Source: Psammoneis japonica (lineage: Eukaryota). Taken from it: 26,603 nt of DNA. How positions within the stretch are numbered: position 1 is the first letter of the stretch; the number at the start of each line of letters is the position of its first letter. The stretch lies in the NCBI GenBank assembly GCA_008632985.1, contig QPGO01000255.1, positions 62,001-88,603 of the forward strand, written 5' to 3'. The notes beneath the pieces are model-generated. The model did not search any database, had not been told where the DNA came from, and worked only from the letters and a program-made list of their open reading frames with translations. Made by a program: the position numbers and the translations under genes. This document shows, in pieces, positions 9,935 to 21,782 of this stretch.

Positions 9935-11812
9935 CTACCGGCGGACTCAACCGGTCCCGCTGCCTCAACCGGTCCCGCCGGCTGACTGACGGACGCTCGC
10001 TAGAATTAGTACGTAGCCCTACGCACAAGCCGCCGCGATGGATGAGTTTGAGAGTGCCGCCACAACGCAATGATAACGCAAAGCGACTTCTTTCCGAAGG
10101 ACATGCGATACAATCCTACCCTTGAAGAAAGCTAGAATACTAGAAGCTATACAATCATATCTCTAAAGAACAACAAAATGCTATAAGTCTATAAGTCATT
10201 TCAATGGATTGCTTATCGTCGTCAACGGACAACGCCGAAGATGCCGCGACGAGTCGAAAATCACAAAAAAATTGATCTCTTACCTTTTGCGCCAAGTTCT
10301 ACTCTAGAGTGGCACTGTAGCACTCTAGAGAGTAGTAGCCCTAAATAGAGAGGCCATCCGCACGCACACCCACACTAACTAACTCTACCAGCGAGAAGAA
10401 ACAGCACGTTCGCCCCAACTCCATCTGTGCCCTGGTCCAAATTTCATCCATTGCACTTGTACCTCTCTACACCCGACTAGGAACTGAGTGCTCCAGGATC
10501 TGATTTCCCCATATGAGCAAAGAGTATCAAAAGATATCTGTCATGTAGAACATGGGCCTGGAAATGCCACTGCAAGCTTTAACGGTCAACGACAGTCACA
10601 CTGGAAAATGACAGGCAAAATGAAAATATGAGTGGAACAACGTACACAATAATAATCCATTGGGGTTACATGTCACAGTATACTCACTAGGGCACCTTTT
10701 AAATGTAGAGCTGAGTCGCCTTACTAATTTTTATGCCCCCAAGTAACATCAGCGGTTCGTGGCATCCGCGCATTCAAGAGGAGGCGATGAACCCGCCAAC
10801 ACAAGCCTCAACCTTCCCATTTTACCCATTGCAAAGCCTAGAGTCGTAGTTACACCACAAAGATCTCCCAAAATAACGTGGACAATATTGTGTCTTAGAT
10901 AATGATGATAATGCGGTTGAAGGGTAGGTGGAAAGGGTCAAAAAGGACCAGACACCTGTGCGCATGATCGAGACGCACCAAAAAAGGCTCGTGAGGTATG
11001 CAAGTTTCGTCAAAACGAGTCCAAAACTCAATCAATCACAACATGCTCACAGGGTTACCTTCTTTGGACTATGGAAAGGCTGTCTGACAAATGCCAATGT
11101 CGTGAGTATCCCCGAGACTCCATCGCATCGTTTTGTTCCCACGGCATGCACTTTCAAGAAATTGTTATCGCCGAAAAACGACATGCTGTGATTACGAGCC
11201 GACCAAGACCTTCAAAAACATATCAAGCTTGTCACAAGTCCAAATAAATAGTAAAAATAGATGTACCAAAAGATGTGGAGTGGGATGAAGCACAAGGCTC
11301 CCAAACGGATGCGCTTTTGTGATGACGACGACGTGAAAAAGATGCCAATATTGCAGATGCAATAATCGACCGTACGAGACGATATATCCTCCTATGAAGC
11401 TGTAACAAAGCACAAACAACATCTTTAGTGAGTAGATAAACGGTATAAAATGAGAAAACACAGAAAGAACTTACCACGGCAACGTTGTCGACCATTCAGA
11501 TGTCACCCGTACCGTGCAGCAATCGAGTCACGAGTCGAGGCACGCAACCGTTTGTACCGTGTGTCGCCACCAAAGCCCCCCAGGAAACCAAACCAATGCA
11601 TCAACCTATTTATAACAACGATAGAAAAAGATCCCACATGAAAGATACATCGACCCAACGATGTATGCCATGGCGAGATGCATCAAAGTACAACATGCCG
11701 TTTTCAATGCAAAATCGGGACCGGTTGAGTCCAATCGAATTATTCGACTCTCGTGCTTCACCGTGGTGAAATTTCAGTCACGGACGCCGGGACCGGTTGA
11801 GTCCTCCGGTAG
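9935..11812. mobile_element. Non-autonomous DNA transposon, 1878 bp, 25-bp terminal inverted repeats, CCCG target-site duplication
   Basis: Left TIR CTACCGGCGGACTCAACCGGTCCCG (9935-9959) matches the reverse complement of 11788-11812 with 1 mismatch. CCCG flanks both ends (9931-9934 and 11813-11816). Extra subterminal copies of the core lie at 9964-9977 and 11716-11732. No transposase ORF is recognisable. Confidence 0.88.
11400..11474 (-). other. Putative 75-bp intron inside the TIR element
   Basis: On the minus strand: GTG|GTAAGT donor, CTACTCACTAA branch-like motif and TTTGTTACAG acceptor. Confidence 0.5.
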
Positions 11813-12039
11813 CCCGTGTGTTCGGGTTTCTTGTTTTCGCTTTTTATTCTTTGCTGCGGGGTTGCATATTTCGTCATTCTGCGTGTGCTTTCTCGATCGT
11901 CGTTTTTCTTGCGTCGCTTTGCGTTTGGTGTATGCTTTGTTTTGTATCGCGGTTGGAGGGATTGGTTCTTCCTCTTTGTCGTTCGTCAGTGTCGTGTGTG
12001 AATTGGCGGTCATGTCTTGCTGCGCATCACCATCCTTAT

Positions 12040-12804
12040 CTACTCACCTTTCTTTCCCTGTTATAGCTTCGGTGGGATTCCCCCTTGTAAGACCGGCTCT
12101 CAAGACGTAGGACCAAGGTGAGTGCCTATATTTTCGTGATTGGATGCTTGTTGGTGCGTCTTACTCTTTTTGGTTGTATTCACTGGAGCCTCTACACCAC
12201 CATGTCAAAACATCCATTTCGAGACTACAATCGCCTTCAACTCAATCTGTCCCTCTCACGACGCTCTACTCCATCCACAACGTTTCATTTGTCACCACAA
12301 AACCTCCAAATCGCTCGCCCAATACCTCGAGTTCGTCCTGTCCGTCCTTTACTGAGTTGTTCTCTCTTCACCACGATTTCTCTATGATCACTCTCCACCA
12401 CCACAAATTCCTCTAGTTCGTCATGTTCGTCCTTTATCTCTCTTCCGACTCGTTACTCCCTCCACGATGTTTCATTCGTCACCAAAACTCCTTCACATCG
12501 TTCGTATTCGACATAAACCACCCCCTCACCTCCAATTCCTCCAGTTCGTCTTGTCTACTGTACTGTGTTCCATCTATTCTCCATGATCCTTCTCCACAAG
12601 CTGATCCTTCTCCACAAGCTCCAATACCTCCAGTTCGTCTTGTCCGTCCAGTGTTGCGAGCCGTCCATGCCACTCACTCAATCTACTCGCGAGTAGGGTT
12701 TTGCTAGGCGGTGACACTGAAGGTGAGTAGTGTGTGCTTTTGTCCTATCGTTGCCACATTATTTCTGTTTTCGCTCGTTTCACTAATCACTCGCTGTTTC
12801 TTAG
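12040..12804 (+). other. Chain of splice signals suggesting a multi-exon transcript without a long ORF
   Basis: Acceptor CTCAC..TTCCCTGTTATAG at 12066, donor AAG|GTGAGT at 12118, possible acceptor at 12696 or 12707, donor AAG|GTGAGT at 12723, branch CACTAAT at 12781, and acceptor TTTCTTAG at 12804. Confidence 0.45.
12265..12650 (+). repeat. Degenerate C/T-rich repeats plus an exact 18-bp tandem duplication
   Basis: AATWCCTCNAGTTCGTCNTGT at 12321, 12406, 12534 and 12623. TGATCCTTCTCCACAAGC at 12584 and 12602. Confidence 0.85.
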
Positions 12805-12876
12805 GTTTGGAGTGTGATCCTTCTTGGATTGGATCGCACTCCAAACCGCCGCTCTCTCACCCCCCCCCCCCCCCCC
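12804..12876. other. 17-bp-stem hairpin followed by a C17 homopolymer
   Basis: GGTTTGGAGTGTGATCC (12804-12820) pairs with GGATCGCACTCCAAACC (12831-12847), with one T:G wobble and a 10-nt loop. C run at 12860-12876. Confidence 0.85.
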
Positions 12877-14109
12877 AAGGTCTCCCTCCCTTGATCCCTC
12901 ACAGGTTCGAATTGGGCCGTAGCCTCATGTCGATACACAAGGTTTAAGTAACAGCGGGTCCCGCCCCGCGCCTTACGTTCCTCGAACAAAATGTGGACCA
13001 GGAGTTTATCGACATTTGGCTACGCGACTTTAGTAACCCTTGTCAGGCCGTGCCTTATCTTGTACAGTAGTGCATTGATAAGCTTTTAGAATATGAATAA
13101 GGAACTTCTTTCCTTGTAGGAGCCGGCTAAGGCAATTCAGTCTTCTTTGGATCTAGTTTAATAGCTTGAAAAAATGTTTCTCTAGTAAGCATGTTGAATG
13201 GTTACGTAACAAATCATCTGGTCCATGCCGATTTGTTACATCGTGCGATCGTCTATTGGCTCTTGCATTCGTGGGCGTCGAGGTACAACATGTAAACCCA
13301 CGTCTTCGTTCGTCTCCCTCTTCTTTAGATCTGCACGTCGACAGCCTCAATTTTTCCCTCGAACAGCTAGTTCCAAGATGCAAACGGAACAACGCTTTAC
13401 TCTCCTCTTGACAGTTTCCATACGTCATATCATGGAGTGTCCTTGCTATTCTGAATTGCATGCGCCATCGCCATTTTCCCGTGTCTTTGTTCTCCCTAGG
13501 TTTTCTGTTGCCGACGGCTGCCGACCTCCGTCCAATTGAAAGCACGTTTATGGAAACGCTGTGCCCAAAACACAAGTAAAAAGGGTGAGAAATCTGCATG
13601 AGACAAAACATACCTAAGAAATATGGCATAATAAAGCGGCGTCACGATGCTATAAATACCCAGTACTGCGTACCCAATCTCATTGCCGCACGGTCGCAAT
13701 TTTTAGTCGCAGAGTAAAATAAAAATGCTGCCAATTGTCACTTGGTAAGCTCATCATCCGCTTGGAAGACTAATCTGTGAGTAGTTCAGCATCTTCTGAT
13801 CGACTATGCAGGAAATGTCTTGAGTGTCTATTGCTTTAGTCGTAGCCTCAACCGATCCCTTGCTGATCGATCAACCTGCTTGGAAGCGCATCATCGCGGG
13901 TACGTCGACAAAGAGGGACCCATCTACTGACTTCGCGTGGGAACAATGGTGCGCAGCTCAAATGAATCAGCAGTTCAGGTGGCCGAGCAATTTGCATCAA
14001 ACCAAACTAATAGCCATCAAATAGCCCCTTTCCAACTTCTTTTTGTCTGCCTCCAGTCCTTCGCTTCTGCCTCTGCTGTCACAATTGGCGGCAGCTCCAG
14101 CCCGTCTTT

Positions 14110-14890
14110 TTAAACGCTCGTTTCCAATTCACGTTCCACGTCTTGTCTAGACTGTAAGGGTTGAGTTGAAGAAGCACCTCGTTTTACATTGACATGCAAC
14201 TGTCCTTCACTATCCTTGAACTGCGGTGCCAGCTGTTGCAACGTTTGTTCCCAACGCCCCAGCCGTACGGAAATCTTGCAAAATCCTGCGTGATGCATCC
14301 TCTGGACTCCCGCGGCACTTGGAATCCGCGAAACGAAACAACATGCCTTCTCGTGCAAGGAAACGAATCGATCCATCGTCTGTCGGCTGAAGCTCGAGAG
14401 GATCAAAGCCACAGCGTTCCTTGACTTTGGCCTGCCAGTTTGCAAATGTTGTGTCTTTTTGACAATACCATGAAGCTCGGTAAATCTCGTCGCCCAAGTC
14501 AAACTTATGACAACCGTATGCGACAACAGAGGGGGGTTCCATACTATCCGCGTCATCTTCGTCAAAGAAGGGGTTCGGATACTCAATGTCCTTTCATCAA
14601 GGGCAGAGCTAGAATCGCCATACACGTGTCGGTCAGAGTTTTCCTCGAGACTGACTTGTGGGTTAAGGTGAACGCCGTCCGAGCGCAGGTTTGTATCCCA
14701 CCGGAATGGGGAAAATGTTGCAAATCAAGAAGAGTCGACCGGACATAACACCAATCATTTTTTTTGTTGGCCATTGCTGTAATTTGTAACGTTCCCTGCG
14801 AAGACGTCCACCAAGACGCCGCCTCAGAAGCGAGACTTCTCAGAGGCGTCAAAAGCCAAAACAGTTGCATTACGCCAATACCGCAATGCA
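14110..14890 (-). pseudogene. Probable frameshifted gene relic of unknown function
   Basis: Protein-like stretches in alternating frames: ...EENSDRHVYGDSSSALDE, then KDIEYPNPFFDEDDADSMEPPSVVAYGCHKFDLGDEIYRASWYCQKD... No recognised domain. Confidence 0.3.
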
Positions 14891-15378
14891 ACTCATGGAC
14901 GGAAAGGACACCACGCGGTTACAATAGATCCAATGAAACGTTGCGATAAATCCACAGAGCCTGAGAATCCTCGACCGGGCGTTCAAACAAAACAAGCGGA
15001 GGTAAAACCATGGTTGTCGAAATATATCTATTTGATGAATGGAACACCTGCGCAGCTACGGAAATGGCGACAAACGAAGCTCGTAAGTCTATCATCGAGC
15101 AGTCAAAAGGGATGTATCAAACAACAGATGACTTACCGGTGGTGCTGTAAAATGATGCATGTGTTATATAAGTACCGGAATTGCAACACGGGTGAGCAAC
15201 ATATTTTAGCAACAAGGCTGCTGCCTGGACGAACAGCATGCGTAGTTGAATGACGATTTCAAACATTTATGACCTGTTTCTCCCATTTCTAAGGATTGAC
15301 GTGGTTACAAGTAGAGATCAAGCTTCATGATTGTATTTTACGTGAACGATGTGGATCGGACAAAGACAAGATAAGAAG

Positions 15379-15930
15379 TTAATAGGTCGACGTACCTGCT
15401 TCAGCATCGCTCCAATTACTCTCGTGAACAGGTTCCTCGTCAACAACCTTTGCTACGGCTTTGCTCGTATTGGTTAGCTCGGCCGGCGAATGAGTATCCA
15501 GTGCTGTATTGTAAGAGAGTTGCAAAGGTAAGCTGAAGCACAAAGAGAAGACAAGAAGCAGATAGATACACGCCATTCATCAGAAATCATCTCCACGACG
15601 GTCCATGTTGTAGTCTTGTAGAAGTCGTAATAGAAAGAAGGATTCAACGCCAAGGACACCTGCACATGATTCAGGATACTGGCAATACCGGTAGCCCTTG
15701 AAGTTGATTTGATTGTCGAAGTTCCGACGGCAAATGCTTAGCATATCCTCCAAGTTGATTTCTCGATCCAAGAAGTACGCTACAACTTGTACCGGTGTCG
15801 TCATGGCCATGGTCTTGCCCTCGTCATTGGCTCCAAACAGCTAGGCAGCGATTGTATTCAAGGCAGCTCCTCCTCTCGCCAAATCGTCCACCGAGTAGGG
15901 CTCATCCACCTTTGCCATGTTGTCGAGGCC
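15379..15930 (-). pseudogene. Possible disrupted gene fragment ending in a hydrophobic segment
   Basis: Consecutive short protein-like ORFs (15580-15810, 15474-15665, 15379-15576) in shifting frames, with an in-frame TAG upstream at ~15841. Confidence 0.25.
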
Positions 15931-16242
15931 ACAACGTATCCTTAGTATTCCCGAACACCCGTCTTGGAGTTTCTTACTTTGCGGTGTCAAGAGAGAGTCG
16001 ATCTATAACATATAGCAAAGAAAAAAGCGACAGGAGGGAAGTTGTAAGCAGATATACGGAGAGAAACCTTCCTGACCAGCATATGTACTTCCGGCCATCA
16101 ACAAAGTAGACTGCCGCAGCAACGAGAATGCAGTGTCAAAATACCTACGTTTAAATCTCGGAGTGCAGGTTGTACGCTATCACGAATTTCTACATTTGCG
16201 CTCGAGAGATTACTGAGAAGGATTTGTCGGCATGATCAAACG

Positions 16243-16521
16243 TTACTCCGTTCGTCGGTTCTTCTTCTTCTTCAAGGCTGTATTCATATCGGCCAAGGCA
16301 GAGAAGGCATCTGCGCTTGCCGTAGCACTGTCACCACTGCTGCTCTCCGATAATGCCAACAAGAATGAAACAGCATGGCCATGGCGACACTGCACCGTCG
16401 TTGATACAACACCAAAACCTGTCGCTGGATACAACAGCAATACTGTAACAGCAATGGCGTCGTTGCTCACCACTTCGCTTCGTCGGCGGAACATTCGCAT
16501 CGACATTATGGCACCTGGCAC
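16243..16521 (-). CDS. Possible N-terminal fragment of a gene with a targeting-peptide-like start
   Basis: 92-aa ORF with a hydrophobic stretch followed by a Ser/Thr/Ala-rich segment. No homology recognised. Confidence 0.2.
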   Translation of the reverse strand: MPGAIMSMRMFRRRSEVVSNDAIAVTVLLLYPATGFGVVSTTVQCRHGHAVSFLLALSESSSGDSATASADAFSALADMNTALKKKKNRRTE

Positions 16522-18099
16522 TGTCGTGTGGTCACCAAATAGGTTATGAATTCCAATCGCGCGAATTTGCCTGCGCTTTGTACAATATCGTCAGTGTGTA
16601 TTCAGATTTATTCTTTCCTGAAGACTGCAAATGACATTGTCATTACCGCGGTCTACATCATTGTTGAACTATATAAATCGCATCATGCATTTCAAACATA
16701 CAGCGCCTGACATTGTACATTCGAAAAAATCCGGAGGTTTCTCGTGTTCTTCAGTGTAGAAAATCGAGGGAGATGATGATGATGATGCTTTCATTTTATT
16801 TGAGAAAGGACAGTCAGATCAAGATGTCAGCAGATCTGAGACCTTACAGTTGTCAGTGCCGGCATGTCATGCGGTCTTGTGGATGTGAAGCACAGCTTCT
16901 AGAAACTGGATTCTGTGCTTTCTCCGTGACTCACATTGAACTTTTTCGTGCTGTTGAACTTTTTCTTGAGCCTTCAGCAGTGTTGGAGAGGCTCGGTGCG
17001 AACCAATCATTTTGGTGAGTGCTGGCGGTCCACCAGAGTGAACGGAAATGGAGCTCCCTTTCAAACCAGGAAGTGTCACTCAAAGCAAGACCGCGCCTTT
17101 GCGCTCCACATCGCCATGGGCTGGATTGGAACACATTGCTTTGAAATTGATTTCGTGCCATGCAGGTTCATTGGATTTAAGCCACATCAAGCGTGCTGCA
17201 CTTGTGTCAGCGTGAAGCATGGCTCTGCTGGTGCTTGTGGACAAAAGCAAAAGCGAAAGGCCTTGGTTGGGCTTTCTCGACAAGACTTCTGCTGCGCACT
17301 TGGAGAACACATGCAACCAAACCAATGCACGACAGCTGGCCCCACCGACAAGAGTTGTCAAGGTTGACATGTGCCATCATCAAATGGCAATTTCACTTTG
17401 GAGCACAGTTGCGAACATTTGGACAAGCGGAGAACCACGCATGCCATGTGGTGGAAAAGATCTTGGGAAGAAATTCTGATCCCGTCGGTGGAATTGGATC
17501 CAAACATGAAATGATTGAGATTGTTGTTGGCAACCTTGCATGGAAGCAGCTTGGCTGGAATCCCACCACAAGTCGCTTGGTCAATGCAGTCTGCTGCACA
17601 CTGGCACTCCTTTCAACAATGATGACCACGCTGCAAAACGTGACAAAGGCGCTCACTTGGCACATGCTGTGCTGCTTGGAATTGGACAGTGCTGGTGGAG
17701 ATGTCTGACTCGAGAAAGCAGTCTCTCAAATTGTTGGGTCAACTTGGATTTGCCAGAGGATGCAATGGACAGAGAAATCACAAGGGCGACCCTGACGAGT
17801 GGACATCAAGAAAACCATTTCTCGTGGTTTGCCAGCATGACCAACTCTCTTGCTGGGTCACTCGCCTGGTCACTCAACAACCGCCCCAGCAAAGAAATGA
17901 CCCCCTGAGTGACAAAACGTCATCAACAACTGTCTGACCCCTCTGCCAGCCAGTTGCCTCTAGCCTCAGTTTGGCTTTGCCATGTGATTTCTCAAAATTC
18001 CCCGGGATTGCCACCTTTCACCCTGTTTTTCTGCGGGAAGGGTGAACTTGCCATTTGTCACATGTGGGCTAAATGCGTGCATAAAAAAATGCATTGGCA

Positions 18100-20720
18100 A
18101 CTCCCGTGCTTCCCCTCTTGCACATTTCTGCACGTTCTACATGCCAGGATGTGCGGCAGGAGCCAGACAATCCCCTCCTCCTCTGGACCCGCCTGAGATC
18201 TCTGAAGACGACCTGCTCTCAACACTGAGCAAATGCAAACCAGGAACTGCAGCTGGCCCTTTTGCACACTCAACAGACTTTCTGAAGGCCCGCTCCTTTT
18301 ACAAAACATCTGCCCCCACCAAAACACAAATCCGTCCCCACCTCGTCCCAGCCTTTCGAGACTTTCTCCTCCTCCCACTCACCAACTCTGTCCCTCCCGA
18401 TGCATGCACCATCACTCCTCTCCTCCAACTGCTTTGTTGCCCTTCACAAAGACCCAACCAACCTCAACAAGCTCCACCCCATTGGATGTGACACCACCCT
18501 GCATCGCACAGCAGGCACCCTCACCATGACACAAAATGTCTCCAACTTCACTGACTGCCTCCTTCCTGATGGCCAATTCAGCATCGGTGTAAAAAAGGCG
18601 GGCTCAACCACCTCATTCACACTGCTCACGCCAACATTGAATGATGTCTCAATGTGTCTGTTCCATCGCATGCCTTCCTCTCCCTTGACCTCACAAACTT
18701 TTTCAATGAATGCTCCCGAGACACCTGTCACCAACAACTTGACACCATCCCCCAAATGCAACACACCTGCTGCACATCTTCAATCTTTTCTGCAATGACC
18801 CCAACAAATGCTGGTGTCATGACCCCACTGGCACTTGGCGCTCCTTCCTTCAATCTGAAGGATTCTGCCAAGGATGTCCTTTTGCCTCTCCTTTTGTGGC
18901 GCCAGTCCTCAGAGTCGTCCTCAAACAACTCAACCTTGAACTCTGCCAATGCCTCCCCTCTTCCAACATCACATCTGCAGCTTCCCTCATTGACGACACC
19001 AGCACATGGCTGCCCCACACCTGACTGCCATGGTTCATTGAACATCTCACTGAAATCACCCCTGCACGGTGTCCACCTCAATTGTGACAAAACAACAGCT
19101 GTCCTCACCTTGATCACCAGTGATTCCCCTCTCCCACATCTCCCTCCTGCACATGCCACTGCCTTGCACAAAGCTCTCTCCCTGCTCAACCCTGCCAATG
19201 ACCCCCAACTCTCTCTCCTGAAATTGCCACTGGCAACCGCTTCCTTGGCTGCTTCCTTGGCCAGCCCATCGGAAGCGCGGAATTTGCAAGCACCTTTCTT
19301 GAACAAAAAGCTTCCAAGTTCCAAACCAACCTCAACTGCCTTTTGTCCTGGCTGCATGACATCCAAACAAAAAGCACTCTCTGCCATGCATGTGCCACAT
19401 CCTCCCTTCTACACCTCCTTGCCTCTGACATCTGCTGGCACAACTTTGACCCAGACAACCCCGTTCACACCGCGTGGACATCACCTTTCCAACAAGACAC
19501 TCAGTGCTGCTGTCACAACTTTCTCCAACACCCAACACCTCACCGCTCACCAAGACCCTCTTCCACCACACACATTGCTCCTCTCTCACCTCCCTGCATC
19601 TGCTGTGGCATTGGTCGTCAATCATTGACCATCAGCACCACACCCTTCTTTGCTGCCCAACTGACCCATTCCCTCCGATGCATGTGCAACCCACGGCCTC
19701 ACCACCTCTGCTGATGAACCCCAACTCATGCCCCCCTTCTGTGCCTGTTCCCTCTGCACATGGGCTGCATTGAGACAATCCCTCCATCTGCATCAAGCAC
19801 TCTGTCACCATGGCAATGCTTTGCTGCCACACCTTGACCCCCTGCCTCCCTCTCTTCCTGCTCCAGTTGAATCTTTTCCACTCAAGACGCTCCCTCACGC
19901 CATGTGTCACCTGCACTTTGCCAGCCAACTTAACCACCCGCCATGGCCCGCCACACATCACCACTGCACTCTCATCCATCCTTTCACCCTTGACAAGCCT
20001 CCCATTGCACACTCTCTCCTGTTCCACAGCTTCCCAATGTCTGTTGCCTTCCATCTTCCAACTCACACCACAAGAACGTAAACTGCGCTTGCCCATCTCC
20101 TCTGATCAATCCACCCCCATCCTGTGCCCATCTTGCTCTGGCACAGTTGACCCACATGGTGATCATTCCTTTTGTTGCCACTCTCTTGGTCACAAAACCA
20201 CCCCATCCAACTCCCTGCGTGATGGTCTTTTTGCACTTCTCCAAACTGTTGGACCCCTGTCCGGCCAATGTGCCACCTCCTTGGACAATGTGGTGCTGCT
20301 GTCATTGCTTCCTCAAATGATGCTGGCATCTGCCTTGCACCGTTCACCATTGATCACCTTGGTTCAACCGGCTGCTTTGCCCATTGCCTCCTCTTTGGTG
20401 ACACCCAAACACATCCCCTCCCTCCCCCTCCCTGGAACTTGGAATCCTCTTTACACCGCCCATCTGCTTGTGATGCCTGTGCCAATGCCCAACTCTCCCC
20501 ATCGGGCCTTCTTCCCACTGCCACATCTGCCTGGAAAGCCATCACCTTGACCAGGTTTGGTCTCACACACCACACCACCACCCCAAGCCAGTGGGCCTTT
20601 CAGAATCTCAGTCTCACAGTTGCCAAATCCCTCACTGGCCAACTTCTTTGCTGCTCCATCAAACTTCAATCACAAGTTGCAAATCCAACAAGAGAACCCT
20701 CCCATTCCCCACCTGCATGA
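18100..20720 (+). mobile_element. Degenerate non-LTR retrotransposon, CRE-like (RT, Cys/His knuckle, C-terminal tail)
   Basis: Frameshifted motifs in the expected order: KPGTAAGP, FVALHKDPTNLNKLHPIG, LLPDGQFSIGV, LSLDLTNFFNECSR, QSEGFCQGCPFA, LIDDT, GVHLNCDKT, RKLRLPI...CPSCSGTVDPHGDHSFCC...SNSLRD, and PFTIDHLG. The endonuclease core appears deleted near 20280. Confidence 0.8.
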
Positions 20721-20984
20721 CACCATTTCATCCCACTGTGCTGTCTGCACTCCACACCACACCACTGGGTGACATTGCACACACGTGACCTTCTCACACA
20801 CATGCACTCCAAACTGTTCATGACAAAAACAATCGACCGACCACAACGAAAATGGGCAACACGCCATGGCACATTTGCAACACATTTGTGATGGCTTTTG
20901 CCTGTCAATCATGACACCGTTCAATGCACTCAACAATGTCAATTGAACAGGATCTGTGGCACAAAACACAAGATGAAACATGAT

Positions 20985-21355
20985 TGCTCATGTGCAGAAT
21001 GCCAGTGCAATTGAGGCATCAGTCGTCAGTTGTTCTTTTGTTGTGAAGTCCAAAATGCAAGCCATGAGGTGTGCATGCAGCAAAGGCCAAGGCAAAAGTA
21101 GAACCACGCATGGCCAATGACAACAACATGTCAGATTGAATAGTCTCCCTCATTCTTCCAATTGACACATCTTGCGTGCAGAATGAAGGGGATTGTTCAG
21201 ATCAGCTCTTGTGTCATGCAGTCATGAATGCAAGCCATGAGGCATCTAGAGTGAAGGACAAGGCAAAATTAGAACTTCACATCGCTGACAAAAATGTGTC
21301 AGATTGATTGACAATGTCATTTTTCCCTTGGACCTGTCTCATGTGCAGAATGATG
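20985..21355. repeat. Degenerate tandem repeat, ~170-185-bp period, ~2.2 copies
   Basis: GTGCAGAATG at ~20992, 21176 and 21343. ATGCAAGCCATGAGG at 21055 and 21228. CAAGGCAAAA.TAGAAC and TGTCAGATTGA each occur twice. Confidence 0.8.
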
Positions 21356-21782
21356 CATTGGATCTTTTTTCCTTCTTGTGTTGTGTGGTCCCAAATGCCA
21401 ACAACAAGTGCTCCAGAGCAAAGGCTGGGGCACAGATGGAGCCGCATGTGAGCAATGTCAATGTGCATGATTTAATGGCAAAGTTTGTTCTTCCCTTGCT
21501 CCACCACAAGAGGCCACTTTGTGTCAATTTGTTGATTGCATCCATGGTCGTTGCCCGGCTGTGCTGGATGAAAATGAGAAAAAGGCACACCAGCCTAACC
21601 CAGATCAAACAGGAATCACCGCAATGCACTCATTTTTTGTTCCCCTCCCCAAGCCCGTTTGGTCATTCCTTCCCACCAAATTGCCCTCATTTCCCAGAAA
21701 TTCCCCAAAAGGGCAGGGCAGTTCTCTCTTGCCCTTGCCATTTTGGGGGATGCCAAATGGGTAAAACCAAACTGAGCCTCTG

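Larger units (their letters stand above)
9881..12110 (+). repeat. T/G-rich repeat, copy C, split by the TIR element (9881-9934 plus 11813-12110)
   Basis: Joining the flanks restores GGCTTTCGTTGCCCGTGTGT, matching GGCTTTCGTTGCCTGTGTGT in copy B. The end CTACTCAC...TGTTATAGCT...GCTCTCAAGA matches copy A. Confidence 0.85.

Noticed and set aside
8603..10125. Hydrophobic Cys/Phe/Leu-rich ORFs as membrane proteins, and Lys/Gln/Asn-rich antisense ORFs
   Set aside because: They are by-products of T/G strand bias, and reading frames are not conserved among repeat copies.
10299..10335. Palindromic ACTCTAGAGT / CACTCTAGAG pair as a regulatory hairpin
   Set aside because: Short and imperfect, with no supporting context inside a non-autonomous element.
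16770..16860. Possible LTR end (minus-strand AATAAA, ATG microsatellite) at the domain boundary
   Set aside because: No second LTR copy, primer-binding site or TSD is identifiable in the window.
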